DNA of 64,000 nt from contig JBBACQ010000003.1 of the NCBI GenBank assembly GCA_041656935.1, positions 27,358 through 91,357 on the forward strand, read 5' to 3'. The stretch comes from Patescibacteria group bacterium. Its GTDB lineage: Bacteria; Patescibacteriota; Patescibacteriia; Patescibacteriales; UBA12465. Numbering within the stretch: the stretch's first letter is position 1; every line of letters begins with the position of its first letter. Below the pieces are notes generated by a model. It ran no database searches, was not told the origin of the DNA, and saw nothing but the letters and a program-made list of their open reading frames with translations. The position numbers and the translations under genes are program-made. This document shows positions 39,159 to 47,971 of the stretch, in pieces.

Positions 39159-39294
39159 GCTCGGGGGCAGGGATTCGGCCACACGTCGCTAAGTCTCGCT
39201 TGTCTCACTTCGTTCGACCGCGCTCACTAAGCGCTCTGGCCTGGCCTCGCGGTGTTCGCTACGCTCACACATCGCTCCGGCTTTCTCATCCCTG
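39159..39294 (-). repeat. tRNA-linked G+C-rich structured module, Gln copy, ending in a 19-nt copy of the tRNA-Gln 3' end
   Basis: Minus-strand reading: CAGGGAT-GA-GAAAGCCGGAGCGATGTGTGA-GCGTAGC-GAACACCGCGAGGC-...CTTAGTGAGCG...ACTTAG...GTGGC-CGAATCCCTGCCCCCGAGC. The last 19 nt (39177-39159) are identical to native tRNA positions C56-C74 (39388-39370). Followed by minus-specific terminator GUGGA/UCCGC+U8 (39137-39111). Confidence 0.6.
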
Positions 39295-39370
39295 ACGCGA
39301 AGCACTCAAGTGCTTCGATCCCCCTCACTCATTCAAAAAATCCAGCTTAAGCTGGATTTTTTTTCATTCG

Positions 39371-39441
39371 CTCGGGGGCAGGGATTCGAACCCCGATAGC
39401 CAGGACCAAAACCTGGAGTCCTACCATTAGACGACCCCCGA
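39371..39441 (-). tRNA. tRNA-Gln (anticodon UUG)
   Basis: Hand-folded cloverleaf: acceptor TCGGGGG/CCCCCGA, D arm GTCT/GGAC, anticodon stem CCAGG/CCTGG with loop TTTTGGT, T arm CGGGG-TTCGAAT-CCCTG. No encoded CCA. Terminator TCCAGC-TTAA-GCTGGA at 39335-39364. Confidence 0.9.
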
Positions 39442-39497
39442 AAAAAATATTTTATCTAAACTATCTTAATAAAAGAAACAAAATAAGTCAAACCAAG

Positions 39498-40409
39498 CTA
39501 AACCCTAGAATATTTCCTAACAGCCAAATAACTAGCAACAATATTAACCACCGAAATAGCCAAAAACTGAACACCAAAAATCAATATAAAATTATCAACA
39601 AAATAAAGAACAACATTCACATTATAATCAACAAAAAATAACTCTAAATACGGCTGTAAAACTCCCAATAAAGGCAAAGTTAACATTATAATAATCACAG
39701 TAGCTAATAAGGTGTAAATAACTGATGACAATAAAAAAGGTGCATAAATAAAAGCATTAGAAGCTCCCACCAATCGCATTATTTCAATCTCTTTCTTATG
39801 AGTATAAATAGCAACTTTAATAGAATTATAAATAACCAATAAACTAGTGAGAATAAAAATAGCAATTATAAAAATACCAATATCATCAATTCTTTTAGTT
39901 ATATTATTAATCTTATCTAAAATCATACTGTTATCAGAAAAATCTCTTGATTCAATAATACTGCTTTCCAGAGCTCTCAGCTCTTCTATCAAATTACCTA
40001 AATTATTAACATCATACGGAGTAATAATTAAACTAGGCGATAAAGGATTCTTCCCTAGTTCTAATAAAGCTTGCAATATTTCTGGATTATTTTCATTTTT
40101 CTCCCTAAAAGAATCTAAGGCCTCTTGTTTAGAAACATATTGCGTTGACTTTACCCCAGAAAAAGAATTTATTTTAAATTTTAATTCAAAAATTTCACTT
40201 TCCAAGGAATCAGGTTTCAAATACAAACTTAGATTAACTTTCTCCTTAACTGCCTCCACAGCTCCAGAGCTAACAACCCGAACCAATATCAAAGTATTAA
40301 TAGAAAACATCGCCAATATTAAAATAGTGATGGTGATAACCGACAACCAAACATTTCGACTAATGTCTTGCAGACTAAATTTAAGCGCTCTAAAAAAAGA
40401 TACTAACAT
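39498..40409 (-). CDS. ftsX: Cell division ABC transporter permease FtsX
   Basis: Four-TM FtsX topology with a large first extracytoplasmic loop. Directly downstream of ftsE. Confidence 0.85.
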   Translation of the reverse strand: MLVSFFRALKFSLQDISRNVWLSVITITILILAMFSINTLILVRVVSSGAVEAVKEKVNLSLYLKPDSLESEIFELKFKINSFSGVKSTQYVSKQEALDSFREKNENNPEILQALLELGKNPLSPSLIITPYDVNNLGNLIEELRALESSIIESRDFSDNSMILDKINNITKRIDDIGIFIIAIFILTSLLVIYNSIKVAIYTHKKEIEIMRLVGASNAFIYAPFLLSSVIYTLLATVIIIMLTLPLLGVLQPYLELFFVDYNVNVVLYFVDNFILIFGVQFLAISVVNIVASYLAVRKYSRV

Positions 40410-40419
40410 ATTTTAAAAA

Positions 40420-41100
40420 TTAAATAATATATTTACCATGTTTTTGATCACTAACAACTTTCCCAGCATCAACACTCACCACTCTTCTATTTAAACGATT
40501 TACAATTTCTCGATTATGAGTTACTAAAATCACAGTGGTACCAAAATTGTTTATTTTTAAAAGCAAATCAACAATATCATTAGCATTAATAGCATCTAAA
40601 TTACCCGTTGGCTCATCGGCTAATAAAATTTTAGGTTGATGAACCAAAGCTCGAGCAATCGCCGCTCTTTGTTTTTCACCACCAGAAACCTCATTAGGAT
40701 ACCGATCCATTTTATTTTGTAAACCAACAATCTTCATAACGCTAGAAACAACTCTGTCTATTTTAGCTTGATTTTTGCCACAAACCTCTAAAGCAAAAGC
40801 CACGTTCTCCTTTAATGTTTTCTTCGGTAATAACTTAAAGTCTTGAAAAATAACCCCTACTTGTCTTCTTAAAAAAGGAACCTCATATTTACTAATTTTA
40901 CTGATATCCCAATCACCAACCAAAACCTGTCCCGAACTGGCCAAGTCCTCACCAATCAAAATTTTTACCAAAGTTGTCTTTCCAGCTCCAGATTGACCAA
41001 CAATCGAAACAAATTCTCCCGCTTCAATGCTTAGATTTATTCCATCTAAAACTTTTATTTTATTTTTATAAGCTTTGCTGACATTAATAAATTTTATCAT
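40420..41100 (-). CDS. ftsE: Cell division ATP-binding protein FtsE
   Basis: Walker A GQSGAGKTT, signature VSGGEKQR, Walker B LLADEPTGNLD. Confidence 0.9.
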   Translation of the reverse strand: MIKFINVSKAYKNKIKVLDGINLSIEAGEFVSIVGQSGAGKTTLVKILIGEDLASSGQVLVGDWDISKISKYEVPFLRRQVGVIFQDFKLLPKKTLKENVAFALEVCGKNQAKIDRVVSSVMKIVGLQNKMDRYPNEVSGGEKQRAAIARALVHQPKILLADEPTGNLDAINANDIVDLLLKINNFGTTVILVTHNREIVNRLNRRVVSVDAGKVVSDQKHGKYII

Positions 41101-41140
41101 AAAAAATATTATTTTTATTTTTAAAAAATAAAACCACTAA

Positions 41141-42760
41141 TTACTTACTAAATTCTTGATAGTAAACGTAATTTAATAAATCAATGGTTTCCTTAAAACT
41201 CCCAGCTCGAGAAGAAGAATTTAAAATTACTACTATAAATTTTTCTCCTCTAATTTCCGCTCGAGTTATTAAGCAATAACCAGCTTCGTCTAAGTAGCCA
41301 GTTTTAGATCCTATTATTTTAAAATTTTTGTAATTATTATTTAAAACCAAATCACTACTATTATAACGCAATTTTAAAGAATTGTCATTTCTGGTGACAA
41401 AACGATATTCTTTAGTAACGCTAGCATTACTAATTATCGGGTCAGAAAAAACTTTGGCAGATAATAAAGCTAAATCCAAAGAAGAGGCAACGTTGTTTTT
41501 ATCTAAACCAGTTGGCTCTTTTATCGAAAAAGAATTTGCTCCATTTTCTTTCGCCCAATTATTTGTTTTCTCAATGAATAAATCTCTATCTAAGCCACTA
41601 ACCCGAACTAAAGTCTCCACCATATTATTAGCCGACCTTACTAGAGCTGAATAAATAACATCCTTAATCGATAATTGGTCGCCTGATTTTAAATTAATAA
41701 GAGCAATTTCCCATTTCTTAAAATACCTTAAATTATATTCTTCATCTTTAATATCATATTTTACTATTTCTTCTAAACGATTACGATTATTAGATTCTTT
41801 TAAGAAAGTAAAAACCGAAAATATTTTTGTTAAGCTAGCGATAGGTAAGGTCTTATCTATTTCTTTCCCAAAAACAACACTAGAATCTTTTTCCCTAAAT
41901 ACTATCGCCGAGGCTGATTTTATTTCTGGGATATTTCTCACTAGAGAATCAACATTTAGCTGACGATTAAAATTATCTACTGAAATATTTAACGGCTCAA
42001 TCGACACATTAATTAAACCATCATTACTGCTAGCTATCTCTTTAAAAGCAACATAGTCTAAGTCTAATATTCTATTGGGGAAAACTGATTTATCTGGACC
42101 AAAATCATTCACTATCACATCAACAAATTTTTTATTACTAGTGTTATAGACCCTAAGCAAAGATCCTTTAGGAAAGTCTGGCGAAGCGGCGAATTTTCCG
42201 CCTTTAAATTTATACCAACTAGCTTCACCTTCTACTAAAACTTCTGGATAAGAAAAAACAGCTATTCGGGCAAATGGTAAATGAATTAAAGATCTAACAA
42301 AATTTTCTTCCGGAAAATCCCAGGTTGGTAGTGGTCGCCAAGCATTAAAGTTTTTATCATAAAAAAATACCTGTTTAAAATTAGAATTACTGGAATCATA
42401 GGAAAATTGGATATAGAAAGGTTTATGATTGTCGTAGGCCTGTTTATTTAAAAATTCAAATTGCAAAATAGAACTCTCTTTTTTTAAATTCCAAGGGAGC
42501 CCCATTTCTTCTTCTCTTATTTCCTCTATGAAAACATTTGTATCTTCACTTAAAATTCCCGGTACCAAAGATAATTTCAAATAATCACTAAAAGCCGAAA
42601 CCGTATAGCCCTTAGAAATCGTGGTTTTATCTAAAAATATAGAAAAAGAGTTTTTAGTTTTGCCACTAATAAGATCTTCTTCTTTTCTTTCTTCCGCCGA
42701 AACACTTTGCCAAGAAAATAAAAGAATAAAGACTGAAAATAAAAAAAGTTTTTTGAACAT
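41141..42760 (-). CDS. Secreted fusion: RlpA-like double-psi beta-barrel domain + serine-type D-Ala-D-Ala carboxypeptidase (S11/PBP5-like)
   Basis: Signal peptide. GEASWYKFKGGKFAASPDFPKGSLLRVYN...VIVNDFGPD (RlpA/DPBB-like). SxxK (ASLTK), SxN (RSANN) and KTG (SKTGY). Confidence 0.7.
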   Translation of the reverse strand: MFKKLFLFSVFILLFSWQSVSAEERKEEDLISGKTKNSFSIFLDKTTISKGYTVSAFSDYLKLSLVPGILSEDTNVFIEEIREEEMGLPWNLKKESSILQFEFLNKQAYDNHKPFYIQFSYDSSNSNFKQVFFYDKNFNAWRPLPTWDFPEENFVRSLIHLPFARIAVFSYPEVLVEGEASWYKFKGGKFAASPDFPKGSLLRVYNTSNKKFVDVIVNDFGPDKSVFPNRILDLDYVAFKEIASSNDGLINVSIEPLNISVDNFNRQLNVDSLVRNIPEIKSASAIVFREKDSSVVFGKEIDKTLPIASLTKIFSVFTFLKESNNRNRLEEIVKYDIKDEEYNLRYFKKWEIALINLKSGDQLSIKDVIYSALVRSANNMVETLVRVSGLDRDLFIEKTNNWAKENGANSFSIKEPTGLDKNNVASSLDLALLSAKVFSDPIISNASVTKEYRFVTRNDNSLKLRYNSSDLVLNNNYKNFKIIGSKTGYLDEAGYCLITRAEIRGEKFIVVILNSSSRAGSFKETIDLLNYVYYQEFSK

Positions 42761-42779
42761 ATATTTAAAATTTTATAAA

Positions 42780-43223
42780 TTAATCTTTAAAAATATAATT
42801 TAACCATTTCTTAAAATTTCCTTCTTCCTCCCCCGAATCAAGCACGTAATTATTTTTAACATTGGGTTCCTCTATTTTTCTTCTAATAATTAAAACCGAT
42901 TCCCCTTCTTTTTGTAAGCCCAAATTAATTCTGGCTCGATCCTCAACCGCCTGATCTGACTCTAAATAATTTAAAATTTCTTTTAGCTCCTCATTCTGAT
43001 TTTCATATTTATCTATCTCCTCTTTAATCTTGGCTATTTCATTCTCTAAATCTTTATTCTTCTGATACTTATTAAGATAAGGGACAAACATTAAAACTAA
43101 TAATCCTAGTATTAAAAAAGATACTAGAAATTTCTTAAAATTCTTTTTTCCTTGCCCTTTAATTTTACCCTTCTGAACATAATTTAATTTTTCAGCGGGG
43201 CTTAAATTGTATTTTTTTGACAT
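42780..43223 (-). CDS. Septum formation initiator (FtsB/DivIC-like)
   Basis: Single TM helix plus a coiled coil, then ...EDRARINLGLQKEGESVLII. Confidence 0.7.
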   Translation of the reverse strand: MSKKYNLSPAEKLNYVQKGKIKGQGKKNFKKFLVSFLILGLLVLMFVPYLNKYQKNKDLENEIAKIKEEIDKYENQNEELKEILNYLESDQAVEDRARINLGLQKEGESVLIIRRKIEEPNVKNNYVLDSGEEEGNFKKWLNYIFKD

Positions 43224-43235
43224 AGCTCCGAAAAA

Positions 43236-44798
43236 TTAACGAGATTTAGGTGTAACCCAAAAACCCATATAGCGACCAAACATTAATCTAATTTGAGCAT
43301 CTAAACAGGGGATAGCACCAAAAAATATAATAGAAACTGGAACAAAAATCCATTCAATAAATAATCTGGTGTTTTTTAGAAAACCATAGCCAGCTGGTCT
43401 TTTAGGTAATAGCAAAGAAGAAACAACGGCTGAAATTAAAAGCCCCAACATCGCAATTGTCATCAAACCCTGAGTAATAGTTGGTAAATTCAAAGCCATT
43501 ACATTTTCATTAAATCTATTGCCACCTAAAAGCATCGGCATCCAACCAACAACGGCAATTATTAAGGCACTAGTAGCCCAAGAATGAAAGCCATAAATCT
43601 GAATCCAAATATGACGTAATGATTTTCTTTTTTTCATTTGTTTTCTCTTTTTTAAAAAATTGAAAACTAAATAAGGAACATTTTCGCTTCCCCAAGCCCA
43701 ACGTCGCTGTTGCTTATACAAACTTTTAGCGGTCTCCCAAAAATTTTTATCACAAGTAGCGTCCATAGAAACAGGAAAGTACAAAGGTTCAACCCGATAA
43801 TCGCCATTATAATGTAAAAAACAATGCCAGAAAATACGAGAATCTTCACTAACCATATTAGTCGCCCAAAAATCTATATCTACTAAAGCTTTGAAAGTCA
43901 TGGAATGAGACGAATAGGTGGCTAACTTTTCCGGCCTAATCTGTTGCATCATTTGCCAAAAAGTATTAGAGGCTGAAGCAATCCTAGCAAAAAACGGAGC
44001 CCGCCAAACATTATTATGATAAACTGGAATTGGTTGATAACTAGCTCGATATGGATTCTCAACAGTTAAAAATTTATAAGTTAAACAGAAAAAATAATTA
44101 TAAGAAGCTACGGTGTCAATATCAAAAACACTAACCACTATTTTATCATAATCAATATTTTCTAAATCAACAATTTCTTTTTTTACTAATTTACCAGCGA
44201 AAGCTTGATTGGCCCCTTTGCCTTTTAATTCTCCCTCAATATCAGGATGGAAAGATAATAAAAATCTTTTAAAATAATGACCAAACTCTCTCTTAATAAT
44301 TTCTCCTTTCTCTCTGGCTTCTGGCCCAACTCTTTCTTCCATGGCCAAAACAACAATCATTTTATCGCTAGGATAACCGTTATTTATCAGCCCGTTAAAA
44401 CTAGTTCTAATAACTTCTAAACTTTCATTATAAGTTGGTAAAACAACTAAGTGAACAACCTCCTCCCACGACCAACCCTTCACAGCTAAACATCCAGCTA
44501 ATAGTTTTTCCTCCTTCTTTAGATTTTCACATTTTTTAAACCAATCTATTTTTTTATTTTCCTTTAACTTTTTAAAAGCACTAATTAAATAAATAGCTAA
44601 AAAAATAACTAAAAGTAGCCAATAGACATTAAAGGCAATAACAAAATAAGCCACCCAAACTGGCTTAAAATAAGAAAAAATTATTAATATTAAAAGGGTC
44701 CCTAAAGATAAAAAGCCAGGTAAAATTTCTAATAAACGATAAACAATTCTATCCCGACCAAATAACTCGGTAGCCTTAGCGACTTTCAAATAATTCAT
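43236..44798 (-). CDS. Membrane-embedded family-2 glycosyltransferase (processive synthase-like)
   Basis: N- and C-terminal TM bundles flank a cytoplasmic GT-A domain. QQRRWAWG (QxxRW) motif. Confidence 0.7.
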   Translation of the reverse strand: MNYLKVAKATELFGRDRIVYRLLEILPGFLSLGTLLILIIFSYFKPVWVAYFVIAFNVYWLLLVIFLAIYLISAFKKLKENKKIDWFKKCENLKKEEKLLAGCLAVKGWSWEEVVHLVVLPTYNESLEVIRTSFNGLINNGYPSDKMIVVLAMEERVGPEAREKGEIIKREFGHYFKRFLLSFHPDIEGELKGKGANQAFAGKLVKKEIVDLENIDYDKIVVSVFDIDTVASYNYFFCLTYKFLTVENPYRASYQPIPVYHNNVWRAPFFARIASASNTFWQMMQQIRPEKLATYSSHSMTFKALVDIDFWATNMVSEDSRIFWHCFLHYNGDYRVEPLYFPVSMDATCDKNFWETAKSLYKQQRRWAWGSENVPYLVFNFLKKRKQMKKRKSLRHIWIQIYGFHSWATSALIIAVVGWMPMLLGGNRFNENVMALNLPTITQGLMTIAMLGLLISAVVSSLLLPKRPAGYGFLKNTRLFIEWIFVPVSIIFFGAIPCLDAQIRLMFGRYMGFWVTPKSR

Positions 44799-44801
44799 AA
44801 A

Positions 44802-46532
44802 TCAATTTTCTAAAATGACATCTTCGCCTTCTTTTATTTCTTGCTCTTCCTTTTTTTTATTGTCTCTATCTTCCTTTTTATTATAAAAACTAACTGGTTT
44901 AACCATTTTTAATTCTTCTAAACTCAAGCTCTTTTGATTTTTCTCTACTTTGTCCTCAACTGGCTTATAATTATTTTTTTCTAAACCATTTTTAACCGCA
45001 AAATTATTATTATTTTTAGGAAAATCTTTTTTTATACTTTTAACCGGAGGATTACTCTTAACCGCCGGACGATTAATCAAACATTCTCTACAATAAACTG
45101 GTCTAACCCCATCTGGTTCAAAGGGCAGGCTAACCTCAACTCCGCAAGAGGAACATTTACTCTGAAACCCCTTATTAGAAAAATCCTTTTTATCTTTCTT
45201 ATAATCTTCTTTTTTATTATCTGGAGCTCCTTTATCTTTTTTTTCTTCTGAATAATCTTGATGCCAGCGCATAATTTTTTCTTCTACCAACTCTCTCTCA
45301 CTAGCATATTTCTGTCTAGAATAAGAAATAACCTTTTCAACGTTATCGGTTTTTTCTTCAGTTAATAATGGTGGCAGACCACGAGCTGAAAAAGGATCCG
45401 AAGAAATTCCATCAATCATTAATTTTAAATACATTTCATATTTAGGTAAATTAACAATATCTTCCTCGGTAAAAACAGGAGTAAATTCTTTAACTAATTC
45501 TTCCGCATCAGCTGCTCCAACACGAAAAACAATAATCGTTCCAACGTTTCCAAAAACTGCTGGCTTAACTCGCTCATCTAACTGTTCAATGTATTGATGA
45601 GCCATAACTAGATTTAAACGATATTTTCTGGCCTCTGATAAAATATTAGCGAAACTTTCGGTAGAGAAGTTCTGAAATTCGTCAATGTATAAATAAAAAT
45701 CTTTTCGATCTTCTTCGTTAATATTAACCCGGCTCATAGCGGCTAATTGAATTTTAGTAATCATCATAGCACCCAATAGAGCCGAATTGTCTTCACCAAT
45801 TCTTCCCTTACTTAAATTCATGATAAGAATTTTACCTTCATCCATTATTTTTCTCATATCAATTGAAGATTTAACCTGACCAACAATATTTCTCATAAAA
45901 GAACTAGATAAAAATTGACCAACCTTATTTTGGATCGGAGAAACTGCCTCGGAAGCAAATTTGTCCGCATAAGAAGCAAACTCTTTCTCCCAAAAGGATT
46001 TAACCACTGGATCTTTAATGTTGGCGACCACCTTTTTACGATATTCCTTATCAGACAACATTCTAACTACTCCTAAAAGAGTAGACCCGGGGAAATCTAA
46101 AATAGCTAAAATGGAATTTCTCAAAATATATTCTAAACGAGGGCCCCAAGAATCAGCCCATAATTTTTGAAAGACGCCAATCAAACCCGAGGCAACTAAA
46201 TGTCTAAGGTGAGGTTCAACCTGTTCTACTAAATTAAAAGCAATTGGGTAATCAATATCTGAGGGGTTAAAATAAACGACGTCATTTATTCTATTATTAG
46301 GAATATATTGAATAATTTTTTCAGCTAAATCTCCGTGCGGATCAACTACCGCCACTCCTTTACCAGCTCTAATATCTTCAACTATCATATTTTCTAAAAT
46401 AGTTGATTTACCCATACCAGTTTTTCCAATTAAATACATGTGCCGACGACGATCGTCAGTTTTAATACCAAAACGTCGCATTTGATTGCGAAAATTGGTT
46501 TTAGCGAAAAATATTATATCATTATCAATCAT
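44802..46532 (-). CDS. VirD4/TraG/HerA-superfamily P-loop ATPase with a C-terminal Zn-ribbon
   Basis: Walker A GKTGMGKST, Walker B YLYIDEFQNF, RKYRLNLVMAHQ. The tail has CSSCG...YCRECL after a Lys/Asp-rich linker. Confidence 0.6.
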   Translation of the reverse strand: MIDNDIIFFAKTNFRNQMRRFGIKTDDRRRHMYLIGKTGMGKSTILENMIVEDIRAGKGVAVVDPHGDLAEKIIQYIPNNRINDVVYFNPSDIDYPIAFNLVEQVEPHLRHLVASGLIGVFQKLWADSWGPRLEYILRNSILAILDFPGSTLLGVVRMLSDKEYRKKVVANIKDPVVKSFWEKEFASYADKFASEAVSPIQNKVGQFLSSSFMRNIVGQVKSSIDMRKIMDEGKILIMNLSKGRIGEDNSALLGAMMITKIQLAAMSRVNINEEDRKDFYLYIDEFQNFSTESFANILSEARKYRLNLVMAHQYIEQLDERVKPAVFGNVGTIIVFRVGAADAEELVKEFTPVFTEEDIVNLPKYEMYLKLMIDGISSDPFSARGLPPLLTEEKTDNVEKVISYSRQKYASERELVEEKIMRWHQDYSEEKKDKGAPDNKKEDYKKDKKDFSNKGFQSKCSSCGVEVSLPFEPDGVRPVYCRECLINRPAVKSNPPVKSIKKDFPKNNNNFAVKNGLEKNNYKPVEDKVEKNQKSLSLEELKMVKPVSFYNKKEDRDNKKKEEQEIKEGEDVILEN

Positions 46533-46555
46533 AAAAATATATTTTTACCCAAAAA

Positions 46556-46873
46556 TTACTGAGGGAGTTGAGAATATGCCCCTAATGTCTCGATTAAATC
46601 TTGGAAAGAAGATGAAAACCCACTTAGAAATGGCGGTAAATATGTTAAAGCTAAAATAAGGGGCACTATAATTAAAAAAAGTTTAATCCAAGAAAGAATC
46701 TTCTGCCAAACAATATATTTTCTTATATACTTGGTTAGTTTCAAAATTTCTTGACTAACCTTTAAATTCTCTTCGACTAAATCATGTAGTTCTAGCCCAC
46801 TTTTAAATACTTCTTTTAAACCACCAGCTGAAAGAGTTTCCTCTTTATTGTTATTATCTTCAATGTTTTTCAT
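46556..46873 (-). CDS. Small membrane protein
   Basis: ORF with one or two C-terminal hydrophobic helices. Confidence 0.4.
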   Translation of the reverse strand: MKNIEDNNNKEETLSAGGLKEVFKSGLELHDLVEENLKVSQEILKLTKYIRKYIVWQKILSWIKLFLIIVPLILALTYLPPFLSGFSSSFQDLIETLGAYSQLPQ

Positions 46874-46973
46874 ATTTTTTTATTATAAAGAAATTATAAC
46901 AAAAAATAATACAAAAATCAACCAGCAACCCAACTGGAATTATCTTTTAGATAAAGTGTTTTTTCTCGAAAAA

Positions 46974-47696
46974 TTATTCTCTTATTTGACAATTAGGAAC
47001 ATTTTTCTTAATTTCTCCAAGAATTGAATCAATATCCTGAGAAGAGAAAAAATCTTGATTACGAAAGTCGTTATTAACTAAATTTGTATCTGATTTAAAT
47101 TTTTGTAGAAACCATTTTTTAGCTCCAGCAATTTCAACTGATATCTTTATAATATCTTCTAAACTGTGCAAACTTGGAACTAAGGTAGTCCGAAATTCAT
47201 ATGGTAAATCACCAGCCATTAATAACTCCACTGACTTTTTAATATTTTCAATATTAACTTTAACTCCAACAATTTTTTCATATTTAGACAATGGAGCTTT
47301 AATATCCATAGCTACATAGTCAAGAATTTTTTTATCTAATAATTTCTTTAATATCTCAGGGTTTGTTCCGTTAGTATCCAATTTAATTTTAAAACCCAAT
47401 TTCCTTATTTTGATTATAAACTCCTCTAAGTCAGCTTGGAGGGTCGGTTCTCCTCCTGAAATAACAACTCCATCAATTTTACCAATCCGACTTTCTAAAA
47501 AAAGAAAAAAGTCATCCTCACTAATTAGAGAATGACCCTCTTCTTTATATTCAACTTTGTTCTCACCCGCGGTCAGAACAAGCATGGGATTATAACAAAA
47601 ATGACAACGGAAATTACAAGAATTAGTAAAAACAATTGTTGCTATACATCCAGGAAAATCAATTAAACTAAGTTTTTCTAATCCGCCTATTATCAT
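46974..47696 (-). CDS. nrdG: Anaerobic ribonucleotide reductase activating protein (radical SAM)
   Basis: CNFRCHFCYN CxxxCxxC cluster motif, GGEPT. Adjacent to nrdD. Confidence 0.9.
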   Translation of the reverse strand: MIIGGLEKLSLIDFPGCIATIVFTNSCNFRCHFCYNPMLVLTAGENKVEYKEEGHSLISEDDFFLFLESRIGKIDGVVISGGEPTLQADLEEFIIKIRKLGFKIKLDTNGTNPEILKKLLDKKILDYVAMDIKAPLSKYEKIVGVKVNIENIKKSVELLMAGDLPYEFRTTLVPSLHSLEDIIKISVEIAGAKKWFLQKFKSDTNLVNNDFRNQDFFSSQDIDSILGEIKKNVPNCQIRE

Positions 47697-47735
47697 TTTA
47701 AAAATAAAAAAGTACTAGAAACCAGAAAGTAGAAA

Positions 47736-47891
47736 CTATTGATTAACGCTTTCCGATTTAATCTTATAGGTCTTACGATCATTGTATTCAGATACTTTTC
47801 CCTTATTATAGCATTTAGTTGGGGTAAGCCATCCGACTACCCGGCTATAAATAATACACTCGGTTCTCTTGTCACTTTGAATTGGACTCAT
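47736..47891 (-). CDS. Stand-alone 51-aa ORF carrying the NrdD C-terminal glycyl-radical motif
   Basis: My own translation: MSPIQSDKRTECIIYSRVVGWLTPTKCYNKGKVSEYNDRKTYKIKSESVNQ. RVVGW..YNKGK..E..DR matches the class III RNR RVxGY..WNxGK..E..R C-terminus. Below the ORF-track cutoff, and antisense to track ORF 47739-47930. Confidence 0.65.
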   Translation of the reverse strand: MSPIQSDKRTECIIYSRVVGWLTPTKCYNKGKVSEYNDRKTYKIKSESVNQ

Positions 47892-47971
47892 ATTCGTGTA
47901 TTAAGCTCTATATTTCGATTTAAAATATAGAAACTTATTATTAATTATTAATTATTTTAATATTTAAAATT

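Noticed and set aside
47739-47930. 63-aa plus-strand ORF between nrdG and nrdD
   Set aside because: The opposite strand encodes the 51-aa peptide with the NrdD glycyl-radical motif, which is a far better explanation.
47892-47971. Group I/II intron or intein splitting nrdD
   Set aside because: The intervening sequence is far too short and shows no intron core helices or intein blocks that I can see. It remains an open possibility only in the sense of an uncharacterised small insertion.
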